From the NCBI GenBank assembly GCA_034440375.1, contig JAWXBZ010000112.1, positions 1-54,765 on the forward strand: DNA of 54,765 nt, given 5' to 3'. The notes below the pieces were generated by a model. The model worked only from the letters and a program-made list of their open reading frames with translations, was not told where the DNA came from and searched no databases. The stretch comes from Candidatus Eiseniibacteriota bacterium (GTDB taxonomy: Bacteria > Eisenbacteria > RBG-16-71-46 > JABDJR01 > JAWXBZ01). A program made the translations under genes and the position numbers. Below, in pieces: positions 28,009 through 38,200 of this stretch (its first letter is position 1; every line of letters starts with the position of its first letter).

Positions 28009-28522
28009 AAATCGATTCTTCGCTCGGCTCGGCCGTTTCGCCCCGCATCCGCGCGGCCGCCAGTTCCACCGCTTCGTAAATCTTGATGTAGCCGGTGCAG
28101 CGGCAGAGGTTGCCGGACAGCGCGTTACGGATTTCATCGCGCGTTGGCGACGGCGTCGCGGCCAGCAGTGCCTGCGCCGTGAGCATGATCCCCGGCGTGC
28201 AATAACCGCACTGCGCCGCGCCAAGGTCGGCGAATGCCGCCTGCAACGGATGGAGATTCGGGCCGTCGGCCATCCCCTCGACGGTCGTTACTTTTCGACC
28301 CTCGACATCGAGGCCGAGCACCAGGCAGGAGAGGACCGGCACGCCATCCACCAGGACGGCGCAGGTACCGCATTCGCCGAGTTCGCAGCCATGCTTCGTG
28401 CCGGTGAGATTCAGGTCTTCGCGCAATACCTCAAGCAGCGTCTTGTGTGCCGCAAACGTGGCACGACAGGGCTCGCCGTTGAGTGTGAAAGCGATGGGGG
28501 AGTTGTTCGGAAGATCGTTCAC
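27995..28522 (-). CDS. xanthine dehydrogenase family 2x[2Fe-2S] subunit (HcrC-like)
   Basis: GCELGECGTC, SCL, QCGYCTPG, NLCRCTGY. Confidence 0.92.
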   Translation of the reverse strand: MNDLPNNSPIAFTLNGEPCRATFAAHKTLLEVLREDLNLTGTKHGCELGECGTCAVLVDGVPVLSCLVLGLDVEGRKVTTVEGMADGPNLHPLQAAFADLGAAQCGYCTPGIMLTAQALLAATPSPTRDEIRNALSGNLCRCTGYIKIYEAVELAAARMRGETAEPSEESIYGQP

Positions 28523-28556
28523 GGGGCCGGGAGTATGGCGGTCGGGCCGTACCGGG

Positions 28557-31247
28557 TCAAGATTTGGGAATCAGCGCCTGCCAGCCGAGAATGGCCTCGA
28601 AGGCGCCCGTACCGTGCTGCCACTCGATCACCGGCACCAGCACGCGGGTTCCTTCGGCCTCGAAAGTGACCGCGTTCGCCTCGCCGGGAATTGGAAAACA
28701 GCGACGGGGAGGCCCGAACTCGAGGCCGGAGCCTGACTGGATCGCCAGGGTCCACAATTCGTGACGGGAATCGATGTAGGCCAGCCGGTGCCCCTTGTCC
28801 ACCCACTCGACACGGAGAGCCCCGTTCGAGGAGGCCTGGTATCGCGTGTCAGCCTCGGGAAAAGACTCGACGAAGGCCTCGTTCCGCCCTGTTTCCGAGG
28901 AGAGATACGCCAGCCAGCGACCGTCGGGTGAGAGGCGGGCACTTTCCCGTCCGGCGGGCCTCGGGTCGTGAATCCGTGGCTGGCCCCCCTCCGTCATCGG
29001 CACGACATACAGTTGGAACGTGCCGGTGGAATCGGAGGCGGTGGCCAGCAATTCGCGGCCACCGGACAACCACCCGACCGGCGAACAGAAGAGCCCCGGC
29101 CCCTGGAACAGGATCCTCTCCGGGCCGACGCCGTCAACGGACTTGATGCGGATCTCGTACGCCGCATTGCTGCCGGGGCGCTGGGCGGAGTACAGGAGAT
29201 TTCGTCCATCCGGCGACCAGAGAAATTGCCACTTGTAGTTGCCATCGAACGTCAGTCGCCGCTTGCCGCCGGACGCGAGGTCCCGCACCCAGACGTCGAA
29301 CGGATCGCCGAGCACCATCGCCACCCGGCGACCGTCGGGCGACAGGCTCAGGTCGGTTATGTTTCGCTCACGGCCGGCCACCGCCGTGGACCCGTCGGCC
29401 ATGTCCCGCCACTCCAATCGGGCCTCGATTTCGGTGACCCGCTGGACGACGATGAGATCGGAACTGGCGGCCACATTGAGATAGGCGATGTTGGAGGCGT
29501 GGATGTCATTTACGATCCGGCGCCCCGGAGCGGCCAATCGAAGCGACTTCGAATCAAGCCGCTGAATCTGGAGGTTGGGTTCATCGGCGCCCGACCCATC
29601 CATGGTCAGGAGGTAGTCGCCCACCGGCATTCCGGCCGACCTCGACTCGCCGATGTCGGTCACGCCCCCGGTGGTGATGTTGACGGCCTGAATGTGATGA
29701 CGACCGTCGCCTCGAATCGAGGCGAACAGGACATTCCGGCCATCCGACGAAAGACTCGGATACCGGTGGCCCAGCTCGCCGCTGCCCGTATCGGGCCGGG
29801 TAACCGGCGCCACCTGCCCGCCGCCGGCGCTGACCCGATGGAGTCCACCCTGGCGATTGGGCGCAAAGATGATGTCGTCATTCGGCAGCCAGACACCGCC
29901 GCGGGCATCCGGGGCCGGCGCGACCAGAACGGGGCTGCCGCCGTCGACCCGTACCTTGCGGAGCCCCTCGTCGGCGAAGTAGGCGATCCACTCACCATCC
30001 GGCGACCAGAAGGGGAGATTTGCCCGCTCGGTACCCGGCAGGAGCCGTGATTCGATATTGTCCAGGCTGCGCACGCAGAGGTGGCGCGTGCCGAGGCTGT
30101 CGATGCCGCAGAAGGCAATGCGGCGGCCATCCGGTGCGAGCGCCGGCTCCGCGGAAACGGCCAGAGACAAGCCGTTGCCCGGTTCCATTTCGAACCGGAG
30201 GAGCGGCGGTGCGACGGGCGCGTGCCGCCCGGGTGTCGTGGCGGCCATCATGGCCGCGGCACCGATGCCGAAGGCCGCGAGAAGAAGTGCCCAGGTCGGG
30301 ATGGCGAAACGCTTCCTGGCCACCACCGGCGTCGGCACCGAACCGGAACTCCCCGGAATGACGCCACTCGGCAGCGACACGCCGCCGCTCCCCGCCAGTT
30401 CCCGCAGCTCGTGCATCAGATCCCGCGCGCTCTGCCACCGGTCGTCCGGGTCCTTGGTCAGGCAGCGGTCCACCAGGCGGACCAACCCCGGCGGACAGTC
30501 GGGCACGATCGTCGAGACCGGCGTGGGCGTTCGTTCCAGGATCGCGGCAATCAACCCGGCCTGACTCGGCGCCTGGAAAGGACGACGGCCGGTCAACATC
30601 TCGTAAAGAATGAGGCCCATCGCCCAGAGATCGGTGCGGGCATCGGTTTCCTTTCCCTCGAGCTGCTCCGGGGCCATGTATTCCAGCGTGCCGACGATGG
30701 CTCCCTGCGTGGTCAGCGGCGTCGTCATGGTCGGCGTCTGGGAGAGGCCACCGGTGGTTGCGGAAAGCCCCGCCCCGCGCGCGAGGCCAAAGTCGAGCAG
30801 CTTGGCGCCCCCCTTGGTCAGCATGATGTTGGCCGGCTTCAGATCACGGTGGGTGATTCCCTGGCGATGCGCCCGGTCGAGCGCATCGGCCACCTGCGCG
30901 GCGATCCGCCCCGTCTCAGGTATCGATAGCGGGCCACGCTGCAGCCGCTTGGCCAGCGTTTCCCCCTCGAGGAACTCCATGACGAGAAATTCGATGTCGT
31001 CCTCGCGCCCCACGTCGAACAGCGTGCAGATGTGGGGATGATTCAGCGAGGAGATGACGCGCGCCTCGCGTTCGAAGCGCGCCCGAGCCTCCGGCGTATC
31101 AGCCAGCTCCGGCGGGATGACCTTGATGGCCACGAGCCGGTCAAGACGGGTGTCCCGGGCCTGGTACACCTCACCCATGCCGCCCGCGCCGATGGGGGAT
31201 TCGATCAGGTAATGGCCCAGCCGGACGCCGGGAGTCAGTCGGCTCAC
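28557..31247 (-). CDS. Hanks-type Ser/Thr kinase with TM segment and TolB/PD40 propeller
   Basis: GAGGMGEV, HRDLKPAN, DFG, GTLEYMAPE and WSPDG repeats. GTG start at 31247. Confidence 0.9.
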   Translation of the reverse strand: MSRLTPGVRLGHYLIESPIGAGGMGEVYQARDTRLDRLVAIKVIPPELADTPEARARFEREARVISSLNHPHICTLFDVGREDDIEFLVMEFLEGETLAKRLQRGPLSIPETGRIAAQVADALDRAHRQGITHRDLKPANIMLTKGGAKLLDFGLARGAGLSATTGGLSQTPTMTTPLTTQGAIVGTLEYMAPEQLEGKETDARTDLWAMGLILYEMLTGRRPFQAPSQAGLIAAILERTPTPVSTIVPDCPPGLVRLVDRCLTKDPDDRWQSARDLMHELRELAGSGGVSLPSGVIPGSSGSVPTPVVARKRFAIPTWALLLAAFGIGAAAMMAATTPGRHAPVAPPLLRFEMEPGNGLSLAVSAEPALAPDGRRIAFCGIDSLGTRHLCVRSLDNIESRLLPGTERANLPFWSPDGEWIAYFADEGLRKVRVDGGSPVLVAPAPDARGGVWLPNDDIIFAPNRQGGLHRVSAGGGQVAPVTRPDTGSGELGHRYPSLSSDGRNVLFASIRGDGRHHIQAVNITTGGVTDIGESRSAGMPVGDYLLTMDGSGADEPNLQIQRLDSKSLRLAAPGRRIVNDIHASNIAYLNVAASSDLIVVQRVTEIEARLEWRDMADGSTAVAGRERNITDLSLSPDGRRVAMVLGDPFDVWVRDLASGGKRRLTFDGNYKWQFLWSPDGRNLLYSAQRPGSNAAYEIRIKSVDGVGPERILFQGPGLFCSPVGWLSGGRELLATASDSTGTFQLYVVPMTEGGQPRIHDPRPAGRESARLSPDGRWLAYLSSETGRNEAFVESFPEADTRYQASSNGALRVEWVDKGHRLAYIDSRHELWTLAIQSGSGLEFGPPRRCFPIPGEANAVTFEAEGTRVLVPVIEWQHGTGAFEAILGWQALIPKS

Positions 31248-31993
31248 TGTTTCCAGATCTCGCGGATACCGGCCATCATGGCGGTGCCGAAGAGGACGGC
31301 CCCCAGCAGGAAGCATCCACAACAGACGAGGATCGGCAGGAAGATGGCGGCGAACGCGCGGCCCCGGCTCATGCCATGAACGACGGCCAGTCCGTTCGTC
31401 TGGAAGACGAGGCCGGCCGCAAAGTTGAGCAGACCGCCGACCAGCGGGATGAGCAGGAAGAGCGACGCCGTCATCGAGTACGAAAGTACTCGAAAGGTGG
31501 CCGTCCATCCTTGTCGGCCGCCGCCCAGAAGGAGCAGCATGAGATGAGTGATCGAGGCCCCGATGACAAGGATGACTGGGATAAGCAGCGGCGCGAAGAA
31601 GAGCCCGATGACTCCGCCCACGGCACCGAAAAGGGCATCCTTCCGATCGGCAAACATCGGGAGTAATTGTGTCATGACGGTACTGAAAACGGTGTCATAG
31701 ACCGTCTGTGCCACCACGCCAATCATTCCCACAATCAGCGCGTAGAGGACCGGCCGCAGCAGTTCGGAATTCAGCGGCATCCGGGCGAAGGCTTCGCTGG
31801 GACTCGTGACGACCAGCTTGATTGTCTCGAAGAGGGCCGAACCGATTGGCCGCCCCGGCTCCTCCCATGGGATGGGAGGGAGCGACGGAGGTGGCGGCGT
31901 GGGTGGCGGTTCGAACGGCGTGGGTGGCGGTGTGCCGCTGAACTCGGAGCTGCCGGTCCCGGCTACCGTGGGTGGCGTGAACGAACCTTCCAT
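31244..31993 (-). CDS. YIP1 family membrane protein
   Basis: Pro-rich N-terminus, PWE motif, ATFRV..YS, five TM segments. Confidence 0.75.
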   Translation of the reverse strand: MEGSFTPPTVAGTGSSEFSGTPPPTPFEPPPTPPPPSLPPIPWEEPGRPIGSALFETIKLVVTSPSEAFARMPLNSELLRPVLYALIVGMIGVVAQTVYDTVFSTVMTQLLPMFADRKDALFGAVGGVIGLFFAPLLIPVILVIGASITHLMLLLLGGGRQGWTATFRVLSYSMTASLFLLIPLVGGLLNFAAGLVFQTNGLAVVHGMSRGRAFAAIFLPILVCCGCFLLGAVLFGTAMMAGIREIWKQ

Positions 31994-32148
31994 CCGACCC
32001 CCCTCTTTCCGTTGACGACTGTCTGAAGTATTCAACGACGATCATTAAGGCGCCGCAGTATACACGCTGCCCCGCCTGCTAGAATCCGCACGCCACCTCA
32101 ATCGCGGACCGGCTGACCACCGGCCAAAGGAGCCGGACGCCCGCCCAG

Positions 32149-33447
32149 ATGCCACCGCCCCTCCTTGATGAGCTGAGCCCGATTCACTCCCGCCCGCCGC
32201 TCTCGCGCGTGTCACGCTACACCGCCCGCTTTCACCTGCCGGCCGCGGCGTTCGATGGGCTCGTGGCCGGAGCCTTCACGTTGAGCGATGTCGTCCTGCG
32301 CAAGACCTTCGGCGCCAGTGCGCTGCTCATCACGTTGATGGTCATGGCGCAGCCGGTCTCGCAGCTGCTGGCCATCGTCTGGGGGCGGTTGATGCACGGC
32401 CGCTCCAAGAGGCCCTTCATCCTCGGGTTCGGCGGCATCGGACGCCTGTCACTCATCCTCGTGGCATTTGCCGGAACGGCCGTCACTTTTGCGGTGCCGA
32501 TCGTGGTGTCCATCGCGCTGGCGGTGGCCATCATCCCGGCGCTCAACGCGCTGTACCAATCGAACTACCCGAACTCCGAGCGCGGCCGGGTCTTCGGCCA
32601 GGTGCTGTCGATGACGGCGGTGGCCACGATTGCCTCGTCCATGGCGGCCGGCTGGTGGATGGATCACGACGCGGGTGCCTACCGGATCATCTACCCCCTG
32701 ACCGGCATCATCGGCCTGGCCGGCATCTATCTCTACTGGCGAATCCGCCCCCGCGCGGGTCTGCCGGCCGATGACTCGTCCGACCAGAAGGAGGACCTCT
32801 CGGCATCCGACTGGTTCGAAGCGGTTTACGATGCGGTGCGCCATCCGTTCCGCGGCGCGAAAACCATCTTCACGACCGACCCGAACTTTCTCCGTTTCGA
32901 GATCGGATACATGCTGTACGGACTCGGCTTCATGATGTTGCAGCCGGTTCTGCCGCTCTACCTCGTCGATGAAATCCATGTCCAGTACTCGGAAGCCGCC
33001 ATCGCGCGTGGCCTGATCTTCTGGGGGATGATGGCCATCGTATCGCCCATCTTCGGCCGGCTGCTCGACCGATGGAACGCCGTCCGGTTGTCCATCTTCG
33101 GCTTCGCCTTCCTCATGGTCGTGCCGCTGCTGCTGGCGATCAGCCACTCACTGCCGGGCGTCTACCTGGCGTTCGCCGTCTTCGGCTTCGCCATGTCACC
33201 GGTGAACATCGCCTGGACAATGGGCCCAATCCTCTTCGCCGGCCGGCGCGACGCCGCCACCTACATGGGCGTACACGTCACGATGGTGGGCATCCGCGGC
33301 CTGATCGGCAATCCAATGGGCCTGATCCTGTTCAAGACTTTCGGCAGCCGCCCAACGTTCCTCGTGGCCAGTCTTTTCTTTGCACTGGCGATGGTGGTCA
33401 TGATCCGGCTGAATCGGCGGCTGACAAGAGACGGCCGGCCGGCCTGA
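32149..33447 (+). CDS. MFS transporter
   Basis: About 12 hydrophobic segments, WGRLMHGRSKR and FGRLLDRW loops, YP..ERGRVFG. Confidence 0.85.
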   Translation: MPPPLLDELSPIHSRPPLSRVSRYTARFHLPAAAFDGLVAGAFTLSDVVLRKTFGASALLITLMVMAQPVSQLLAIVWGRLMHGRSKRPFILGFGGIGRLSLILVAFAGTAVTFAVPIVVSIALAVAIIPALNALYQSNYPNSERGRVFGQVLSMTAVATIASSMAAGWWMDHDAGAYRIIYPLTGIIGLAGIYLYWRIRPRAGLPADDSSDQKEDLSASDWFEAVYDAVRHPFRGAKTIFTTDPNFLRFEIGYMLYGLGFMMLQPVLPLYLVDEIHVQYSEAAIARGLIFWGMMAIVSPIFGRLLDRWNAVRLSIFGFAFLMVVPLLLAISHSLPGVYLAFAVFGFAMSPVNIAWTMGPILFAGRRDAATYMGVHVTMVGIRGLIGNPMGLILFKTFGSRPTFLVASLFFALAMVVMIRLNRRLTRDGRPA

Positions 33448-34032
33448 TCAGACCGGCGCCACCATCGGCCGACCACGCAGAAGAAACCAGCCGATTGCCG
33501 TGAGGACGACCACGGCGACGACCGAGAGATCGCCGTACTGGTTCATGCTGTTCATGGCGGCGGCCAGGCGCTCGTTGAGATCTTCGCCTGAGAGGCTGGT
33601 TTGTGCGAGGAGGGCGGCGGCGCGATGGGCGGACATGGTGAGGAGGGCTACATGGATGATGTAGAGCAGGGTCGTAGTTCCTGCGGCCAGGAGCAGGCGG
33701 CGGCGCCATCCCAGGCCAAGGAGCGATAGCGACAGAGCGATGCCCAGCGGTACGTCCGGCAGGTTCAGGAGACGTTGGGGGACGCGGGCGGTTCCGCCGG
33801 TGCGTGGGTCGGACAGAAAATATTCGAACTGCACGCTGCGGGCCGACTTCAGCCGGACATCGCCTTGAATTCCGGTCAGTGGCATGCCGATGGTGCTGGC
33901 CCCGGCCGCCACGCCACGCCCCCAGAGTGTGTCGATACGAATCCAGATTGGCAGCATGAAGCCGTAGAGACCGAGCGCGAGGAGGAAGATCAGGACGATT
34001 TGTTTCGGCGCGGTTCGTTCCACGACAGCCAT
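33448..34032 (-). CDS. membrane protein, probably exosortase-H-associated
   Basis: Overlaps the exosortase gene, several TM segments, WRRRLL helix, no GCSG catalytic motif. Confidence 0.6.
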   Translation of the reverse strand: MAVVERTAPKQIVLIFLLALGLYGFMLPIWIRIDTLWGRGVAAGASTIGMPLTGIQGDVRLKSARSVQFEYFLSDPRTGGTARVPQRLLNLPDVPLGIALSLSLLGLGWRRRLLLAAGTTTLLYIIHVALLTMSAHRAAALLAQTSLSGEDLNERLAAAMNSMNQYGDLSVVAVVVLTAIGWFLLRGRPMVAPV

Positions 34033-34556
34033 ATCCCCCAGGCAGCAACGGTTCCGATGATGACGACGACCTGGCCGACGTAAACGTGGGCCATGTCAAA
34101 GAGGCTCGGATGATGCCGGCCGACCCACCAGAGCCCGGCAATCCGGAGCACGTTCAATACAAGCACGGCCGGGAGTATCCACAATAGTCCGGTGAGGCGC
34201 CGCGCCCACGTCACCGGCCAGGCCAGGACGGCCGCCGCCGCGAGTGTCAACGCCGCGAAGCCGCTGCACCCTTCACCAACTTCGCAGGTAAAGCCGCCGC
34301 CGGCAAGCGTCAGACCGGTCAATTCAACCTTCTGTCCCGCGAGCCGCAACAAGGTTTCAGCAAGAGAGGCCTGAACGGCCGTTGCCAGGTAGACGAACCG
34401 GCCGATCGGCGGGATGACGCTGTCCGCGCGGAAAATCCAGTAAAGAAGTCCGAACAGCAGGGCACCGAGCAATGCGAATCGCGCGGCGGGATCGGTCCAT
34501 ATGGAAACCGCGCCCCGGTTGTTAGCCGGGGCGCGGTTCGAATCCGGGAGGGACAT
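33990..34556 (-). CDS. xrtH: exosortase H (IPTL-CTERM-specific)
   Basis: Catalytic triad contexts EGCSG, NVLRI and AHVYVGQ. Directly downstream of an IPTL-CTERM gene. Confidence 0.85.
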   Translation of the reverse strand: MSLPDSNRAPANNRGAVSIWTDPAARFALLGALLFGLLYWIFRADSVIPPIGRFVYLATAVQASLAETLLRLAGQKVELTGLTLAGGGFTCEVGEGCSGFAALTLAAAAVLAWPVTWARRLTGLLWILPAVLVLNVLRIAGLWWVGRHHPSLFDMAHVYVGQVVVIIGTVAAWGIWLSWNEPRRNKSS

Positions 34557-34575
34557 CAGGAGATGTTCACGGGCG

Positions 34576-35130
34576 TCAGGCAGTTCCCCACGGACCGGCC
34601 GCCGTGCGGCGGCGCAGGTACCAGGCGCCGCTGCAAAGGAGAAGGAGCGAGAGGAAGATGAGCCCCCACTCGGACAGTGTTGGAATGGCGCCCGCATCGA
34701 CTTCCATCACCGACTGTCTCGGGATGTTGTCCGAGAGCATGGTGAAGTTGAAGGCTCCGCCGCCGGTGTAGTCAATCTGAACCGAGGAACCACCGCCGAC
34801 GAGTGTGGCAACAAAACTCGGAGAGAGCTGCACATCGAGGGAGTCGCGCAGCTTGGTGGCCGTCTGGATGCAATTCGAAGGGCCGGTGATCGTGCAGCTC
34901 ACCGGCATGAGCACATTCAGCGTGCCGCCACCCCGACCGCTCCTGGATCCGGTGATGTCCGGCTTGTTGAACGTTTCGATGGTGATCTTGCCGTTGTCGC
35001 CAAGCAGGGCATCGCCATTGACCTGGAGATACCGGGTGTTCGCGGCCTGGGCAATGCCCGCGAGGAGGAGGAGCGAGGCCGTCAAAACGACGGCAGCGAG
35101 AGGGGAAATCGCGCGACGAACCAGTGCCAT
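34576..35130 (-). CDS. secreted IPTL-CTERM surface protein
   Basis: Signal peptide ending AQA, C-terminal AIPTLSEWG + TM + RRR, SD GGAGG. Confidence 0.9.
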   Translation of the reverse strand: MALVRRAISPLAAVVLTASLLLLAGIAQAANTRYLQVNGDALLGDNGKITIETFNKPDITGSRSGRGGGTLNVLMPVSCTITGPSNCIQTATKLRDSLDVQLSPSFVATLVGGGSSVQIDYTGGGAFNFTMLSDNIPRQSVMEVDAGAIPTLSEWGLIFLSLLLLCSGAWYLRRRTAAGPWGTA

Positions 35131-35180
35131 GATGGACCTCCAGAAAAAGCGGCCGGTGAGGTGGGGCACCCGGACAAGCT

Positions 35181-35209
35181 AGTCTAGGTGACGATCGTCA
35201 TCGGGGCAA
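35181..35209 (-). promoter_or_regulatory. sigma70-like promoter with palindromic operator candidate
   Basis: TTGCCC-17bp-TAGACT, with the perfect palindrome TGACGATCGTCA at 35189-35200 in the spacer. Confidence 0.5.
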
Positions 35210-35230
35210 CGCAGAACTGGGTTGATGGCA

Positions 35231-38200
35231 TCAGGGGATCGGGAACGGAGCCCGGTTGAAATCAGGCATTGCCGGAAAATCGGCCGGCACCTGTTGCAGA
35301 AGCCAGCCGACAAGTTCGGCTCGCCGGGCCGTGTCGCCGGGGTTCCCGCCGGTGGCGGCCTCCCGAAGGACCAGCACCCGTAACTCAAGGAGCGGCAGCC
35401 TTCCGGCGGCCACGCGAGGAAGGATGGCGTCCAGTTCCCGGGCGGCATCCTCCCGCCGGCCGGCATACAGGAAGGCCTGGGCCAGGCCGATCCGGGCCGA
35501 GGCGAATTCCGGCAACGCGCCAGCCGCCTCGGCTTCCAGGGCCGCCTGGCGCAGGATCGCTTCCGGCTGGTCGCGGGCGGCCGGCCCGGCCGCCAGCCCT
35601 TCGTACAACCGGCGGGTGGCGATCAACGTCGGTTCGTCGAGTTCCAGACCGGCCAGTTCGGCCACCAGGGCGCGGGCCGGCTCGTGCTCCCCCCGCCACA
35701 GGAAGTCGAGGGCCCGCGAGAGCAGGGCCCGGGCCAGCCGCCGGTCATCGCCCAGCTCGCGGGCCAGGGCTTCGGCCTCCGCATACAGCCTGGCCGCACC
35801 ATCCCGATCGCCCAAGATGCCCAGCAGATGCCCCACGTTCAACGATGACTCCGCCTGGCCGGGGCGATCGCCCAGCTGTGCCCGCTCCGCCAGCGATCGG
35901 CGCGCATGGTCGAGCGCCTCCGACCACCGCCCCAGGTAGTATTCGACCACGCCCAGATTATCGAGCACGTTGGCCGCGCCCCAGCGATCGCCGGCCTGTT
36001 CGCGGGCCGTCAGCACCTGTCGATAGTGACCGGCCGCCTCTTCGAACTCCCCGCGCATCGTGGCCACGTTGCCCAACGCCATGGTGCTCTGCGCCACACC
36101 GCGCAAATCGCCGATCTCAAGGAAGCGATGGAGCGCCTCGCGGTAGCTCCGGTCCGCCACATCCAACTCGCCCCGCACGAGGTGCACGTTGGCGATGTTG
36201 GCCTGCAGGCGAGCCGACTCCTGCAGGTGACCGATCTCGCGGGCCAGCGCTCGCGCCTTCATGAAGATGTCGAGCGCGGCCGCGGATTCGCCCCGCTGAA
36301 ACTCGACACTGCCAAGCCAGTTCAGGGCCCGAACCTGTCCCGGCCGCTCGCCGGCCGCCGTCAGCTGCTGGTGCGCCGCGGCGAAACATTCCCGGGCCTG
36401 GTCGTAGCGCCCCTGGCGGACCAGCACAACCCCCGCATCGAGGCGCACGTAAGCCACGCCGGTTTCGTCGCCCAGACGCTGACAGGCCAGCCGCGCCGCT
36501 TCCAGCCGCTCGAAGGCGGCTTCGTAGTCGCCGCGCAGGACCAGCAGTTCACCCAGCTTCCGCTCGGCCCGCGCGGCCCACGCCCAGTTCAACCCCGCCG
36601 TCGCCATCGCCAGCCCTTCCGAGAGCCAGGCATCCGCCGCCGCGTGATCGCCCTGCGAGAGGGCCGCCTCGCCCAGCCAGATGGTGGCCAGCGTCCGCGC
36701 GTCGTCGTTGCCGTCGGCCACCGCCCGCTCGCGCTCGGCCAGTGCCGCCGCGCGCGCGGCCTCCGGCCTGCCGGAATCGAGCAACGTCTCGCAGCGGGCC
36801 CGCGCGATTTCCTGACGCCGATCACCGTTCAGCCCCGCCCGATCCAGTGCCCCGAGCGCCTGATCCAGGAATTCCAGCGCCCGCTCGGACAGGAAAAGCC
36901 GACGCGCCTCGAAGCCGGCCCGGGTGAGGTACGAAACCGACTCCGCGAAGCGCCCCCCCTCGAAGAAGTGATGGCCGATTCGCCCGGCGTAGTCGGCACG
37001 ATCGGCATATCCGTTGGACAGGGTCCCGGCCACCGCGGCGTGATACTCGCGCTTCAGCTCGAGCGGAATTTCTTCCAGCAGCACCTCCCGGATGAGCCCG
37101 TGCGAGAACCGGTGCCCTTCCTCCGTCGGCGCGATGAGATGGTGCCCCTGTGAAAGGACCCGCAGCCGCTTGAGCAGCGTCACGCGGGAAAGGCCCGTAC
37201 CCGCTTCCAGGACATCGGTGTGAAAGACCTCCCCCTCGACGGCCGCCATCTCAAGGATTTCCCGTTCCTCAACGGAGAGGCGGGCGAGCCGGCGGTTCAG
37301 GACATCGGCAATCGTGCCGGGAAGTCCCGAAGCATCGGCCCGCTCCAGGCGGGCCATCTCAAGGGCGAAAAATGGATTGCCCATCGAACGGTGGTGAAGC
37401 CCCTCGAGCCAGGCATCGGACAGGTTGTCATCAAGGAGCGCCGAACGGATCAGGCGTGCCGTTGCCTTCGGATCGAGCGGCGCCAGTGGCATCACGCCGA
37501 AGCGGTCCGAACTCGAAAGGCTTCGAAGAAGATCGACGAGTGGGGGCTCCATGTCACCAGCCCGCACCAGGTCCTCCGGCCGGTACGCCCCGATCAGGAG
37601 GAGATGTGCCCCGGCATGATTCAGCGTCACGTGGTGAAGCAGCGACAGCGTTCCCTCGTCTGCCCAGTGCAGGTCGTCAAGGAAAAGAATCAACGGCTCC
37701 TTGCGTGCCATGCGCTTGAGCAGCGTGTCGACCAGGTGCCAGAGTTGCTCCTTGCTCTTCGGCTCGAGCGCCGGGTCATTCCCCGGATCAAGCAGCAGTT
37801 CGAGGGTCGGCAACACGGTGGCCAGTTCGGGATGCGAAGCGGTCAGCTCGGCGCTCCGCGCGCGCGAGCCGGCGGCCCGACGGGCGAACTCCTCGAGCGC
37901 CTCGACGAATGGCTGGAAATTGCGCCCGGCCTGCGGCGTGCACCGCCCGAACAGGCACAGCCTCCCTGTGGCCTCGGCACGGGAGCGAAACTCGTCCATG
38001 AGACGCGATTTGCCGCCCCCGGCCTCGGCAGCCAACACCAGCGTCCGACCGTGGCCCATCCGGGTTTCGTCGAGTGCGGCCTGCAAACGCGCCAACTCGG
38101 AGTCTCGTCCGATCAGCTGCGGGCGGGGCGGGGACAGCGTCGGTGCCGGCTCCGTGACATTGGCATCGGGCGGGGTCGCGGGGAAACCGACTTCTGTGTC

